This document shows positions 34,922 through 48,100 of a DNA stretch of 64,000 nt, piece after piece (the stretch's first letter is position 1; every line of letters begins with the position of its first letter). The position numbers and the translations under genes were made by a program. The notes beneath the pieces are model-generated. The model was not told the origin of the DNA. It worked only from the letters and a program-made list of their open reading frames with translations, and made no database searches. Source of the stretch: Takakia lepidozioides (lineage: Eukaryota; Plantae; Bryophyta); the NCBI GenBank assembly GCA_030704615.1, contig CM060734.1:49414001-49478000 (forward strand). The letters run 5' to 3'.

Positions 34922-37622
34922 CTATGAAGGGCTGTAATTTCGTTCTTGTTCCCAGGCAATTTGTGCCATTATTGTTAGGGATGACCGTGCATCCCTCTCA
35001 TCAGTAACCTCCCGAGGAAAAGGGATCCGAATTTCCAAAATATTCTGGGGTGAGTGTGTGAGCACACGCATGTCGAAGCCCAGCCGGTCCACCCATGTCA
35101 TACTGGCTTCCTCCAGCTGCATCACAAGTCAGTGTCAGCATCCCATCACATGTGAATCTGAAATGTACTAATTATTGCTTGCAGTAGCCTTCTGGCTGTA
35201 CCTCATCGGGATGGAGGAGCCGAAGTGGGTGTGAGGTTTGACAATGAGGAGCAGAATGGAGCCTTATTGATGGAGTAACCTGAAGGAATGAGTAAATGTG
35301 GTTCCAGCCTTCTAGACCACCTTGGCAAAGCCAGAAAAAGAAGGAAAAACCAAGAAAGGAATGAACTTTGTATCCACAGAAAGAGGGCGCGAGAGAGAAC
35401 TTTCCCTGAACTGTGTAACCATTGATCCCACCTGTGAATGAGCCCTCACTACTGGGTGGCAATCTCAGCACAACATTCTCATGGCAGTAACTTTTCTGGG
35501 TATAAGCTATTTGGGTAGTGAGTGTCTACAAGAACATCCCATGGTGGTATTATAGAGCCTTGATATAGGAGGCAGAGAAACAATTGATCTTTGAACTTTA
35601 GTTGCCATAGCCTCATTTGTAGCTTTTAGGGCCCATGCCTGGTTAGGACCAGACTAGGAGTGAGAGAAGAGAGAGACTTCACTGTAGTTAGGTACCACTG
35701 ATTAGAGGACCTTATAAAACTACATTGGGAGTGCTCGTGTGTTGACCATCCTTTCGAGACATGGTGGCCAGGCCAGGCCAAACTTCCAAGCAAAAATTGA
35801 TCAAATGCAAGAATGCAAGCAAGAGCTGAGAAAACAAACCTCTGCTTCCAGCTTGGCATAAACATTGCAAAACCGGCGAATGTCTTCCCAGTGCTTGCGA
35901 TTCATGTCTTCTACTATCCGAGGGGCGCACTCTCTCAGAGGGTCAGCGATGGCCACCCTGTAATCTGACTCTGTTACCCATGTCTCCTCCTATGAACGGA
36001 CACCCAGAAATGCAGCATCAAACTTGTGCCATTTGGACTTGAAGCCAACCATGGGGACGCAATGTAGGATTGAGAACCCCATCAAAAACTTCCAAAGAAT
36101 TTTAAAGAAGTCCCAATAGACTCTGCTACGTTGTGTTCGAGGCCAACTTTGTCACTTGTGACAATGCCATGGTTGTATTGATATGATAACAGAGAACAGC
36201 ATTCAACTGCAATCACTGTGTTTGAGTGTCAAGTGAACACTGTTGCTAGCAAGTAGGACATGCGCACAATGTTACCTGAAGATGTAACAACCACTCAGTG
36301 ACAAAGAAAGGAAGTTCTCATCACCTACCTCACCCATGTCTTGAGCTTGAAGTGCTTGCTCCACATTCATCACATAAAGTACGTTGTCATCATGTGTTCG
36401 CTCCTTGCCAAACCTCCTCGCCCACACAAGCTCAAGAGTCTGTTGCATGAACTTCGGCTTTAGAGATGAAGAATTCTTATCCATTTCTTAAACACCATGT
36501 GCATTGTACTAGCGCAATCAGTCAATACACTGCCTGACTAGTGCAACTAAAGATGTCGTCGGCCAAGGCAAGTCCTATTACTGAAGTGAGGGCTCAGTCA
36601 TTGAATTGGTGCCCGTGCTCCTCTCCTCTCCTCTTACACATGCCTCCCTGCCCCACTGCACCACTTGATCTGAAGGGGGGGCGGACCTTTAGCCAAAATA
36701 AGAAAATAAGATACAACAGGCAAATTTCGACAGTCCCTATAGGTGAAAGAGTTGACTATGATAACAGATGAAGCGCGTCTGCAATACTTGATTGGGTTTG
36801 ATTTATATATGATACCTCCTTGAGATTGGAGTCATCAACTCTGACAACATGGCCTCGGAGTGTGCACTGTGGCTTTTGGCGCCCAGGTTGTTCCAGCTGC
36901 ATCCCAACCAATTGCCATAAAGACTCCTCAGCAGCAAGAGCGAGACCATCAATCATTCGAATTGGCTAATCAAAAGGTGTATGCCATAAATCCCGCAAAT
37001 AACCACCTCTATTAGGAAATCATTTGAGGATGACGACTACTAGAATCCTACTGATTCCAGCACTGCTAATGTGCACCTCTGTCTTTTCAAGCGCCTGCAG
37101 CTGCAATCTGAGAGAGAGACAGAGAGAGAGAGAATCACGGATACTTGCCTGCACATGGAGACTGCAGCGACTGTCGTTCAGCAGATGGCGGGTGTGCAAT
37201 TCCGAAGGTTGGAGACGAAACACAGGGTTACCATCCAAATCCACAGCAAAGCGGACCTCGGTCCCCAAAGGCCAGCCATCATCCGATAAAGTGGACAATG
37301 TGCCCTCAACACAGACCTCCATAATAGTGCGCGCGGCCTCCGCAGGCGTGGGCCGAAGAAGAGAGGGCATGGGAGCTGCCTCTGTGGCTATGGCAGTGGT
37401 TGCCACTGCCACAGCAGCAGTGGCCCTGGCGGCCTTTGCTACGGCATGGAGAGGCCTGGAGGAAGTGAGAGGGCAGAGAGGCGAGGTGGAGGGAGTCCGA
37501 AGAAATGGGGAGGCAAGTTTTGCTCTTGAATTGGAGAGCGCAGTGGCAGCAGAGTGCGACTCCTTGGTGGTGGAGCTGGACATGGCCAGCTTGTCCATCC
37601 AGGAGCTTGCTAGCACCTCCAT
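34922..37622 (-). CDS. GluTRBP: Glutamyl-tRNA reductase-binding protein, chloroplastic; exons 37622-37149, 36896-36816, 36439-36329, 35989-35840, 35116-34922
   Basis: Ser/Ala-rich transit peptide; PTPAEAARTIMEVCVEGTLSTLSDDGWPLG; ADPLRECAPRIVEDMNRKHWEDIRRFCNVY; WVDRLGFDMRV...RIPFPREVTDERDARSS. All exons in phase. Intron 1 has a GC donor. Confidence 0.93.
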
Positions 37623-38259
37623 GCCTGCCTCCACCCCAAAGCTCCAGCTTCTCCTCTGTTGCTGCACTAGTGAGCTCGAAAGACGAGCCTGCTAGAGATG
37701 CGGACCCTCTGCGTTGAGTGTGGGTGCTACATATATCCGTAGTGCACATGGCAAGTGATCATAAGTCGGGTAGTCATAACAAACAGTTTCCAGCTTCTTC
37801 TTGCATCCATCTTGAAGGACCAAATGTCCTACACTCGTTCAGTTTTGGTTTCGTCTTTCCTTAGAGAACTCTTTCCTATATCTCTAGGTAGTTGAAGAAC
37901 CGTTAGTGTATTTAAATTCCTATCATTAGGTAGAATAGCATACACACTATCCTAAACAAAACAAAGTGAGCTTCATACAATCACCATATCAGCAACATGA
38001 GAGCATATCAAGGAACAAGTATGTGATTTGAAGAACATGTGTTCTTTGTGGAGAAGATAAGGGTAACACAAGAGCTTGGAAAGTGTAGGGCACAAAAAAG
38101 AGCTATGTCAGTTTCAAGGCAAGATCAAGAAGCTCGAGTCACAAAAATGTAGAAGAGGATTCCAACAATGCCCTTGAAATGGAAGTCACCAAACTCAGAC
38201 CAGATCATCAAAGAGATAGCAGGGCCTGTAAGGCTGAAATATCAGATGTGAACCGAGTA

Positions 38260-38605
38260 ACACCCCTCTGTTTCTGCCCCCACTGGAAAATGGGCTGCTA
38301 AGTGGCTCCATGAAATGCCCTTCCCGGTGAATTGGGAAGCGTTGTGGAAGCATATTTGGGCTCCTCAGAGGGCAGCCAAAATCTCGGCTTTTCTGTGGAG
38401 AATTGCTAACAGGATTCTCCCGATGGGATCATCCTTGGACCCTCAGGTTGCTTGCAAAATTTGCAGTGACGGACTGACTGTTTCGTCAGAGCATTGTCTT
38501 TTTAGTAGCAGGTTTGCTTCTGGCATATGGGCTCGGATCAGATCCTTCTATCTTGCTTGGAAGCCTGTGGAGGCATCCAGTGTCTCAATTCATCTCCTCA
38601 ATCTT
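38260..38605 (+). mobile_element. L1 zf-RVT fragment
   Basis: WEALWKHIWAPQRAAKISAFLWRIANRILP...CKIC...SSEHCLF...IW. Confidence 0.8.
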
Positions 38606-39119
38606 CATCAAGCGCAGCTATGGTCCAAATGTACTTCTCATTCCCTGAAAAGTACAGCTGATTGCATGTTAAACATAATATTAACCTGGCGAGTAGTTTG
38701 TTGCCTAAATGTTGGTGTAAATGAAGCTTAAGCTGCCTGTAAAAGCACGGTAAATTTCCACGATTGATTTGTGGATGACGAATACAATTAGAGAAGACCA
38801 GTGGGAAGAGCATGCCTGTGCACTCCCCTTCCTGATTTGAATGTGTCCCAGGTAACCCATGACAATGTTTAACAGATCCTACAAGGACACACCTCAACAG
38901 AGCTACCCTACATTTGAAGTTGACTTCATGCTAGGGAGGAAAGGAGGGTGCTGGAAAATTAGGCTGAGTTAAGCTATGGACATGGCTGTGATGAATTGGC
39001 CTCTAAACCCACAGGACCCTCATCCAAAAACAATGTGGTGGGTCCAATCAAAACGCCAAAGATGTAGCTCTTTCGGCAAGAGCTTGAGAAGAAACCTCTT
39101 CAGGCCACCTCAGGATATG

Positions 39120-42100
39120 TCAGATGTTTTTCATTACACAGACAGCAGAGCACGGAGCAGGTGGGAGCACGCAGACTAGGTGAGGGCCAGCAGGGCTATG
39201 GTTGATGTAAGCTCGACCTATGTTGGCTAACCGCAAGGCAGGGGGATGGACATGGCCAGCAATCAATGGAATGCACGCCATTGATACCACAACTCTGGCC
39301 CCTACATGCTGGGAGAGAGTAATACATCCTTTCTTTCTTCCCGCGATCATCCAATTGTCCTCATTGACTTTGAGCTCATAGAACAGCTCCTCAACCTCCT
39401 GCAGAGCATACACCATCCCAAAACCGAATATAAAAAAGATGTTTGTTTTGTTTGACTTGTGCCTCTTGTGAAGGCATGTATAACACCCACTCACAATTCC
39501 TATGAAAAAGATCAATTGATCAAACTTTGCTTTTGAGCAGAAACCACCTTGTGGTCTTTAATCATATTATCTTTCAACTGATTCACAACATCCTTCATAG
39601 ATCTGTTCCATCTGCAGCTGCAGGTATACCACCTTCTACTGGAAATTTTCGGTCCGGTTCCGCAGTAAGAAAACAACATGAAAAACCAGCAGCCAACAAT
39701 ACCTGGCCTTTTACAGAGTGACTCGCAATCCTTCCTCCAGTGTCTCTTGGTTGTGAAGTTGTTGTGTGCCCTTCCTTGAGCCGCTCTATTCTCCATTGAA
39801 AGACAACCTGGTGCCCAACTCGAGGGAATTGAGAGGGAATAGGTAGCATGCCAACTGCTACAAGCTGCTCTAGCACTGGCATTTTGAGAACAAAACTACT
39901 TGTATACTCTAACAACTTCCATCCCTCTTCCAAATCCGAGTCTTGATTCACCGGGGCATGTGCCCCATATCTGCGATCCCCTGAAATTTTGTACTGCACA
40001 CTCAACACACTCTTCCTTTTCACGTGGTTTCCTTCAAGTGGGCCGTTACTGAGAGCGCCACTTCCTGCAGTTCACCATTCCATCAAGGGCACAGCCAATC
40101 AGTCAAACTGCAAAGAGAGGATAAGGGAGTTCACACCAAATTCTTGAAAATAACAATTTTTTCATTTGCTTTGACGTACAAAATTGTAGACAGCAAAAGA
40201 CGGACTACATGAAAAAGGGAAGATATATTGCAGAAATAAGAACAACTTTTGACAGCTCTTGTCAAGAGCTGGACCATTGGTATTGGGTGGATTGTGTCCC
40301 AAACGTTTTGTACTGCAGTTACCATAACAATTGTCTGACAGATCTTGCAACCGTCATCTTTCTCTTCATCCGTCAATTCCTGTCTCTCTCCTGGTCATAG
40401 GTCAACTTAATGTGAGAAAAGAGTACCTTCCTTTCTGACAAAAGACTCTGAACGGACCACAAAGAGTAGAGCACCCTCAGAAGTTGCTGAGATAGTGAGG
40501 GGCAATAGCCAAGGTGGGCTGGGCCGGCCCTCAATGTTGTTCACATGCACAAGGCCTGGTTGCAATGCCAGCCTAGCATTCTCTATTGTCGATGTAGCTG
40601 CCACTTGTGATATGAATGTCACCTGCATAAAAAGTCATGTACACTCTTTGAAATGGCGCAGGCAGCCCAAACCGGCAAGCCACTGTGCTATTCATCTAGC
40701 TGCCAAGATACCAAGATTAGAACCAACGACTATATTAAGGATACGTAATGTGAAAAACTTCCATCTGAAATGGTAGGTTGTAGTGAGAACCTGCAACAGC
40801 AAAATGCCATCATTGCCCCCGCTCACCACCCGGGTGGCAGTCCGAAAAGGAGCTGTAAACTCCACTGCAATTGCTCTGCCAGATACCATCATTTTGGACC
40901 ACAACAGCATGGTTGGTTTATTCACTAACCCTCTTCTTAGGCTAGGACTATCCTTACACATTCCATGTACACCCACTCAGAATCCACTAATAGAATTAAG
41001 GGCGACGACTAGGAATTGGGTGAACAGTTTCCATCTGCAGATCATTATCACCCACTACCTGTTTCTGATGCTGTTCCCTTTTGTTCTGCCCTAACTGGGC
41101 GCCCCTGATCTATGGCCAAGGCAAGAGCTGTCTTATGAGTACATTTTATTTGTTTCTGATGAATGGTGCTTGTAGAAATAGTGGGTGCCCACTCTCTTGC
41201 TGGTGGGTTGGGGGAGCACCTACCAACATGGCTGGGTTCCGCTAGATAATGAGGGGTGAGTGGTTGAGTTGGTGTTGATGGAATCCCTCCTCATCCATTA
41301 CTTATCTGGCAGATTCAAGGTGAATGGATGTGAATGACAAGGCACCAGTACCACATGTGGTAGGAAGAGCAGATAACACACTAAAGGTTGCACCCAGCAT
41401 ACTGAACACCCGTAAACCACCCAACAAGCGTACCTTTCATACATACGACTGCGTGAAGCCCCAAACTCCAGCTTCACATTCAAGGTTGCCACCCCTACTC
41501 TTGTGCTAAGGCCACCAGCTGTAATTGTCTGTTCATGCCCAGTAGTGCCATTTGCGAGAGCATCACAGAGAGAGTCAGCAGGTACACCTTTGTCCTTCAA
41601 GGATGCACCAATTGTGACGGTGCGGTCAAGGCTTGATAAAGAGGAGCTCGATAGAGAAGAGCCTGAGGGGCCAGGTTTCAGAGAGGGGGGAGGGGAAGGT
41701 AAAGGCTGGATGCCAGCTGATGAGGCCTCATCGGGGTCAGGATTGGCCATAACCTGCAACCAAAGCACAGACGAAACTGTACTGGCCCAATCTAGGAGTA
41801 TCACTTTTCCATCCTTCATTTCAAGGAGCTGAGGACCCTCAGGGGTAGGGCCAACAGGCAGCTTGCTGCCATCCTCTTGGATCTCCAAGCTCTCACTAGT
41901 CTGTCTGATATTTTTGGCCTGTTGAGTGACAGAGAGATGACTTGGGCTAGCCTTTGCCGATCCTCCACCAGAAATAATTGCAGATGCCGAATCAGATGGA
42001 AATGCTGCACTGTAAATCTCCAACTGGGCTGTCTGTGAGCTGTCCAGCTGCAAACCAGGCCTGGCTGAGATATGCATACGAGCACCCTTTAGTAGGTAAT

Positions 42101-45100
42101 TAAGGGGCCGAATGATTAATCCCACCCACTGTCGCTCTCCAATCAAAAGTCCTCTTGACACTGCTGCCTTGATCTCTACTAGGGCCCGAGGTTTCAACAC
42201 CTGTGCCAACAGCAGTCATGCTTACATCAGTGGTACAGAAACATGTGTGGCCCGGTAAGTGAATCTCTACATGAAAGGCCGGCTTCACATACGAGTTTAT
42301 CATACTTGACTGATGACTCAGGCTACTGTATTCTCTGATCAGTAAATACTTCACCTGGGTTGTCCCTGGGGCCTCCGTTTTTCCATACTCTGCCTTCACT
42401 CTAGGTATTTCTTATTCTCGGGGCTCAGGCTGGCCACCTCTGCAGGTGCATGGTCCTTGGTAGTCTCTGCTTGATGCGCCCTAGGCTCTTCTTAACTGGA
42501 CCATGTGACGAGCTGATGAGGCACATAACGTGTTCTTCATGGTTATTTGTGAAGATAGAGTATATCCCACCGTCCTTCCGGTGGGTATTTTTTCATGGTT
42601 ATTTGAGCAAGTAAAGGTGCTCCTTTGGCTCCACTAAGAATGGAATAAATAACCCATCCTTGCCACTGTACCATTTCCAACTCATAATAGTACAGCACTT
42701 GCCTACCAGTCCCCCTCAACTCGTTTCATCATTGTCATGAATTCAAGTCTGTCCTGTTGTTACTAATGTTTCCTGAGCCAGTCATGTGGTCATCCACCAG
42801 GGTACAAAAGGAGAGAGAGAAAACCTCCAGCACAGGTCGCAGTGGTTTCTCAATGCTGAGATAGTCATCACTCTCAGGAGGGCCGCCCTTAAAACTAGCA
42901 GCACTGGTACTGCAGTAGGTATGGGAGCGCAGTCGCACTTGTCCTATGTGACCCGTCAACACACCCAATACATATGAGCCTGGACGCTGTGGTGGTAGCA
43001 CCATAAGAACACTATTCTTGCCAGGCCTCAAAACTGGGGTTTCTGCGCTTTTCACAACCTGCGTCAATGCATTTGTGAGACACTGTTGTTACCTACTTGT
43101 GTCTGTCACAACAAAGACACAGGCCTTCATGGCAGAAGAACATGATAGTACAACAAGAGATCAGTTACTCACAACACATGAAAGCCTTTAATAGCAGAAA
43201 AATTCCCACCGCCCTTCTTCCTTCCTTCCTAAGCTCTTCATGTTATTATCCTCTATTCAAGTAATACCAGGCATGTAGAGGGGAGTTTATCCACACCTTA
43301 GCACCTTCATCAGCACTAAACGTTGTGATCAATGTCAAGCTCAAGGACTCCATGGAGATGGCACTCACGAATCCACTCCAAACCGTGACCATCAAAGTCC
43401 CGGGATCGCCCTCACACAAATCAAGGGGAGGGCCACCCCTTGCAGCAAATGTGATCAGAGCTGAGACATCCAAGGAGACAGGAAACTTCAACCCACCATG
43501 GGCAAGTCTTACTATCTCAGACTGCAGAGAATGACGGACCTCGTTGGAGAGAAGGCCTGGCCCCAGGGAAAGGAGTTTGATGCAAGAGGAGAGGTAGCCA
43601 GCCCAGTCAGAGAGTTGTTTTTGGCAGTCGGAGAGGCGTGGGAGGACTTCGGCCAGTAAGGCATGCCAGCGTTCGGCCGCATAAAGAGCACAAACCTGTT
43701 GGGGGAGATTGCATTACACAAAGAGAGAGAATACTTAGCGCATAGACAAGAATGTACTGCCCCACGGACATCAGAAAACAAACATCCAGTTAGTCGAGCT
43801 TCTCTGCTCCAGCCATCCAAGATCAAATGTAGAAATTTGCAGATCTGAGTGGTGTTAGAAAATCTTCCGATTCCTCAATCACTTTTTGTATTGGCTAGAA
43901 TAAGAGATGCGAAGGATGAACTTTGCTAGGACACTCCACGACCCATTCATTGCTTTTTTTCAGAGTTCCATGGAAGTTACCCCATTTTCCTGAAAACAGT
44001 CCCATCTCCCTTGCAGATCATGTTTGAAATCTATCAAAGCTCTAGATAATCCTGTTGCAGTATATGAAAGGAGCAATGTCACCTTCTCAAAAAGCCTGCC
44101 AGCTGCATCCATTGCACCACGCCGGTAGTGGACAGCCGCCATCTCACCATCTAGGACTACCCCATGCCTCTTGCGCCATGAGCGATGGAAGTTGTCAGCT
44201 GCTGCACGTGTGAGGTCCAAGTAGAATTCCTGCCCATCATTCCATTTTGACGAAGTGTAGGTAAATGACCACAAGAGATGAGATAATGTGTCTTGTTACC
44301 CTTAATATCATTCAGGTTCTTTAAAGCAGGTAATTAAAACAACCTAAGTTTCCCCACCTGAGCATAAACTGAAACTTGTACCTCAAAGCCTTCAGCTGAA
44401 GAGAGAGCCTTGCGAAGGGTTTCGTCAGTGATATTGTTCAACAGCGCATGTTCAGCTGCTGCTTGTATCTCAGGAAGTTTCATTGGGCGGTCTATGCCTG
44501 GTCGAGGGGTTCCAGGGCTCGGAGGGGGCAGTCCCGGACTACCTGGCCGACCCTGAATGGAGGTTGATGGAGACGCCAAATCAACATCTGCAGCTGGGCT
44601 GCCATAGGTCCCCACATTATACCCACACAGTTTTTCCAAGGTGCCCTTTTGTGATGCGACAAAGGCTCCCTCCAAGCAATCAAACTTGTGTGAACACTCT
44701 AGTTTTCCTGGATGCCTTAAATTCCTTTATGACTGTCTTCATCTCTATATTGATGGGAAGTATAGCACCAATCATGGTACACGTCTTCCATGTTTCTCCC
44801 TCTTTTCTGTATGGCAAGCATGAATAAAAAGCTTTCTCATCCTTCAGCAGTTTCGGTATTCTTTGTTTCCAACAATACTCATTTAGCTCAGTCAATTTCC
44901 TCCACAGCATGAGAAAGGGAGGGTATTGTGGGGTCAAAAAGGGGGTCATGCTAGCAGTGACCAACTTAAAAACAGACAAAAGTAGATGGGTTGCTTCTCA
45001 CCTTTCTCTAGTGAAGGAAAGCTGATTCATGTCAAGAATCTCTGTCAGGTTGCCAGCTGACAGAGAGGCTCTCCGACGGTTGGCCTCCCGAAGAAGTACA

Positions 45101-48100
45101 GTAGGTGAAAGCGAGAGTTGTTTTCTAAGCAATCCAGGACTGACTTGTTTGTCCTGCGATGATACCTGATGCCATTTAGCCACAATCAACAGTGACCCAT
45201 GACTGGTCCCAAATTACCAGTCCTGTACTGTTCCATGTCATAGATGTCCTAGATACAGCCATGTGGCGTCGGAGCCCATGCATTATAGAGGGAGGGAGGG
45301 AGAAGCAGAAAAGGGATACCTTCAAACGCGAGAGACACAGAAGGGGAAGCGGGGGGCTGAATGAATGTAAATAGTACTACCAGGAAAAGAAAGGAGCACC
45401 TGTTCTTTGGCCAGGATGCGTCTTGTTGCATCCGGAGGGACGGCAGGCCAGACAGCAGGCTTGGGCCATGGCAACATGCTCAATGCGGCACTGCTCAGAT
45501 CATTGGCAACAACAAATCAAACCCAGTGTTATTACATGCTGAAACTTATTATGTTGCGTTCCGTTGTGTTCAAGAAACTTACTATGTACTATGTTATTAT
45601 ATGCGCATGACTGTACTGATCAACCTCAGAAGTTGCCAACTGCATGACTGTGAGCTAAGCCAACTGACTGCATGGTGAAACAAAGACAGACAAAACTGGA
45701 AGCACATGGAGGGGAAGGAACAGGGAACTAGTATAAATACCTGTTGCAAGGGCTTCTCTCGATGTTATGACCATATCCAATCAAGTCTGCCAGTCTCATC
45801 AACTGCAGGTAATTCCGCCTCACAAAGTCAACAACAGACAAAAGGTATATTCAGCAATTTGAAGCACTTCACCGCATACTTTGAAATAGAACAGACACAG
45901 CAAGGGAATTGACAGTTCCTAAGCCATTTTCCTTGCAATTTGGAGGGTCAGGGAGGGTATCTAAAGTTTTGTAAGCTGTTGTCTCATTGAATGCTGTAGT
46001 TTTGCCCCACATAGAGCTGTGGGTAGTGTAGCATATCTTCAGTCTGTCCCCTTCTACTTGCTAGCAGTCCAAAACACCTTCATTAGGAACCACTGCAAGT
46101 GTTTCTAGCTAATATGTTCAATGGAGGCCTAGGTCTTTTGCATAGATTTTATTAAACGATACACCATAGATCTGGATTTTCCACCCTGGATCTAAAGTGA
46201 TATCCGTATATCTTGCAAATACACACATGGAATCTAGCATACATGGCTACCTGTTACAGAGAAAAGAATGAGCTACAAGGGCACCTTGGTTCGGGCATAG
46301 GAGTACAAGTCACCCTGCAGACGATAGAAGTCTTTCTCTACATCAGGTGTCACAGTCAGCGCTGTAAAACGCCGGGCTGTCGCTGTCACCAGTGCAAGAC
46401 ACGCCGTGATCACCCATACTTCCCGCAGACAGAATGGCAATTTTTTCTGGTAGACAACACAAGGAAGGAGCCCCCTCAAATGATGTCACATGTCTCTAAG
46501 CATGCTCATATCACATTCATGTGCATGATGAATGTCAACAGAACAAATGCTGGTACCTCATATAGAAGGAGAGTTTTGGAGAAGGAGATGATAAAAGAGT
46601 GGCCCCTGGCTGAAACTTCTGCTGGGCGATTCAGACTGAACAACAGCTGCATCCATTACAGTTTATCAGTATCAACCCCACTAATGAACGACGGGCAATT
46701 GTGCTTGAAAATTAGTGGTTACTTGTAAAAAGACACAAAAGAAAGACTTGCCCTTGCTTACCTTGGCAAGTGATTATGACCTAAATCCAAAGCACTGCAG
46801 AAAATACATGTTGCTCTATCGAGCGTTGAAAGATATGGATAGAGGTTGTCATGTCGTAGCTTAGGGGTAACAGATATAGATAAATATTGACCCTCATAGG
46901 CCTGAGGTCATCCTGTAGTCAACCATAACAAACATACACACATTATGTAAGGAGGAGCCCCAATGGCCCATGGGTTAAGTAGAACACCAGAGACAGAAAG
47001 TACTGATAAGAATTGCTTGGCGTAGTCTTGTGGCCATAGAACCGCGCCGAGATTGGAGGAGCAAAAGGGAACAGTCGGTACCTTCATGAGGGGCTCACTC
47101 CACTAGTGGGCATTACCATGATATAAACAATTTGTTCAATTTTCCAGATTTCCTGTACGTAGCCCTTCACACAAGCATCAAACTGCTCTGTATGATCTTC
47201 TGAAGAGTTAGACCCTGACAGGACCACGGCTTTAGGCTCAGCCTCAAGGTTTTGAGCAGAGGTGTGGGGACTATGTTCTTGATGGTCCTGAACAGGGTCA
47301 CTCTCCGATGAGAATACCCCAGAGATTGTATCAGTAAAAGGACTTTGTTTCCAGACCGCCCACACATCGGGCATTGACAATCTCCCTTTCGTCTCTCAAC
47401 GGTTTTGTTCAACCCTGCCCTGATTCTATATTTCAATTCTAGTGCAAAAGGTAAAAGAGACAGACAGAGACACCAGAGACAGAGTGAAACAAAGAAGAAG
47501 AAACAGGGAACATAGTAACATCCATCAGGGCCCCCAGATCCCCTGGGAGAAAGTAGAACAACAAAAGTGTGCTTATTGGACTTGCTCATGTAGCAATCTG
47601 ATCATAGAACCCACACCCACTGTGGAGAAAACGTCAAGAGAGGAAGAAACAAGCAAAGACAAAGTATGCACAATAAACCAAGGAAACTTCAGAGATTGCT
47701 TGTCATCTTCTTGAGGTGAAAGAGGGAGGTGAAAAAGGGATGCCTGCTTAGCATCAGGGTCTTAGCCTAAGTGGTAGAACATACCCCTAAGTTAAGGCAA
47801 TCCAGGTTCTAAACCTGAGTGTGAAGCAAGAGTCATCACGTTCCCCGTTGAGGGTTTCCGAGCATCCTCCCTTGATGGTACAAGGGGCTAAGTGATGTCA
47901 CAGTCCGTTTATTGGCGTTTGGGTTGGGACTGTACGGGGATGAGCGGTTCCATTTGGACAGACCCACGTGTTTCCTAGACAAAAAACCTCAAAAGAAAGG
48001 AGGGAAAAAGACACAGATTACTACATCCACAAGAGGCCAGAGGGTTGATGCCTGCTTGTGAATAATACCTGTGCTTGCCGAGAGAAAAGGTATTGCCGGA

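Noticed and set aside
37024-37695. 223-aa plus-strand ORF
   Set aside because: Antisense shadow of the GC-rich GluTRBP exon 1.
42505-42570. CTGATGA followed by a weak stem, hammerhead-ribozyme-like
   Set aside because: Followed by GAAG rather than GAAA, and there are no convincing stems I and III.
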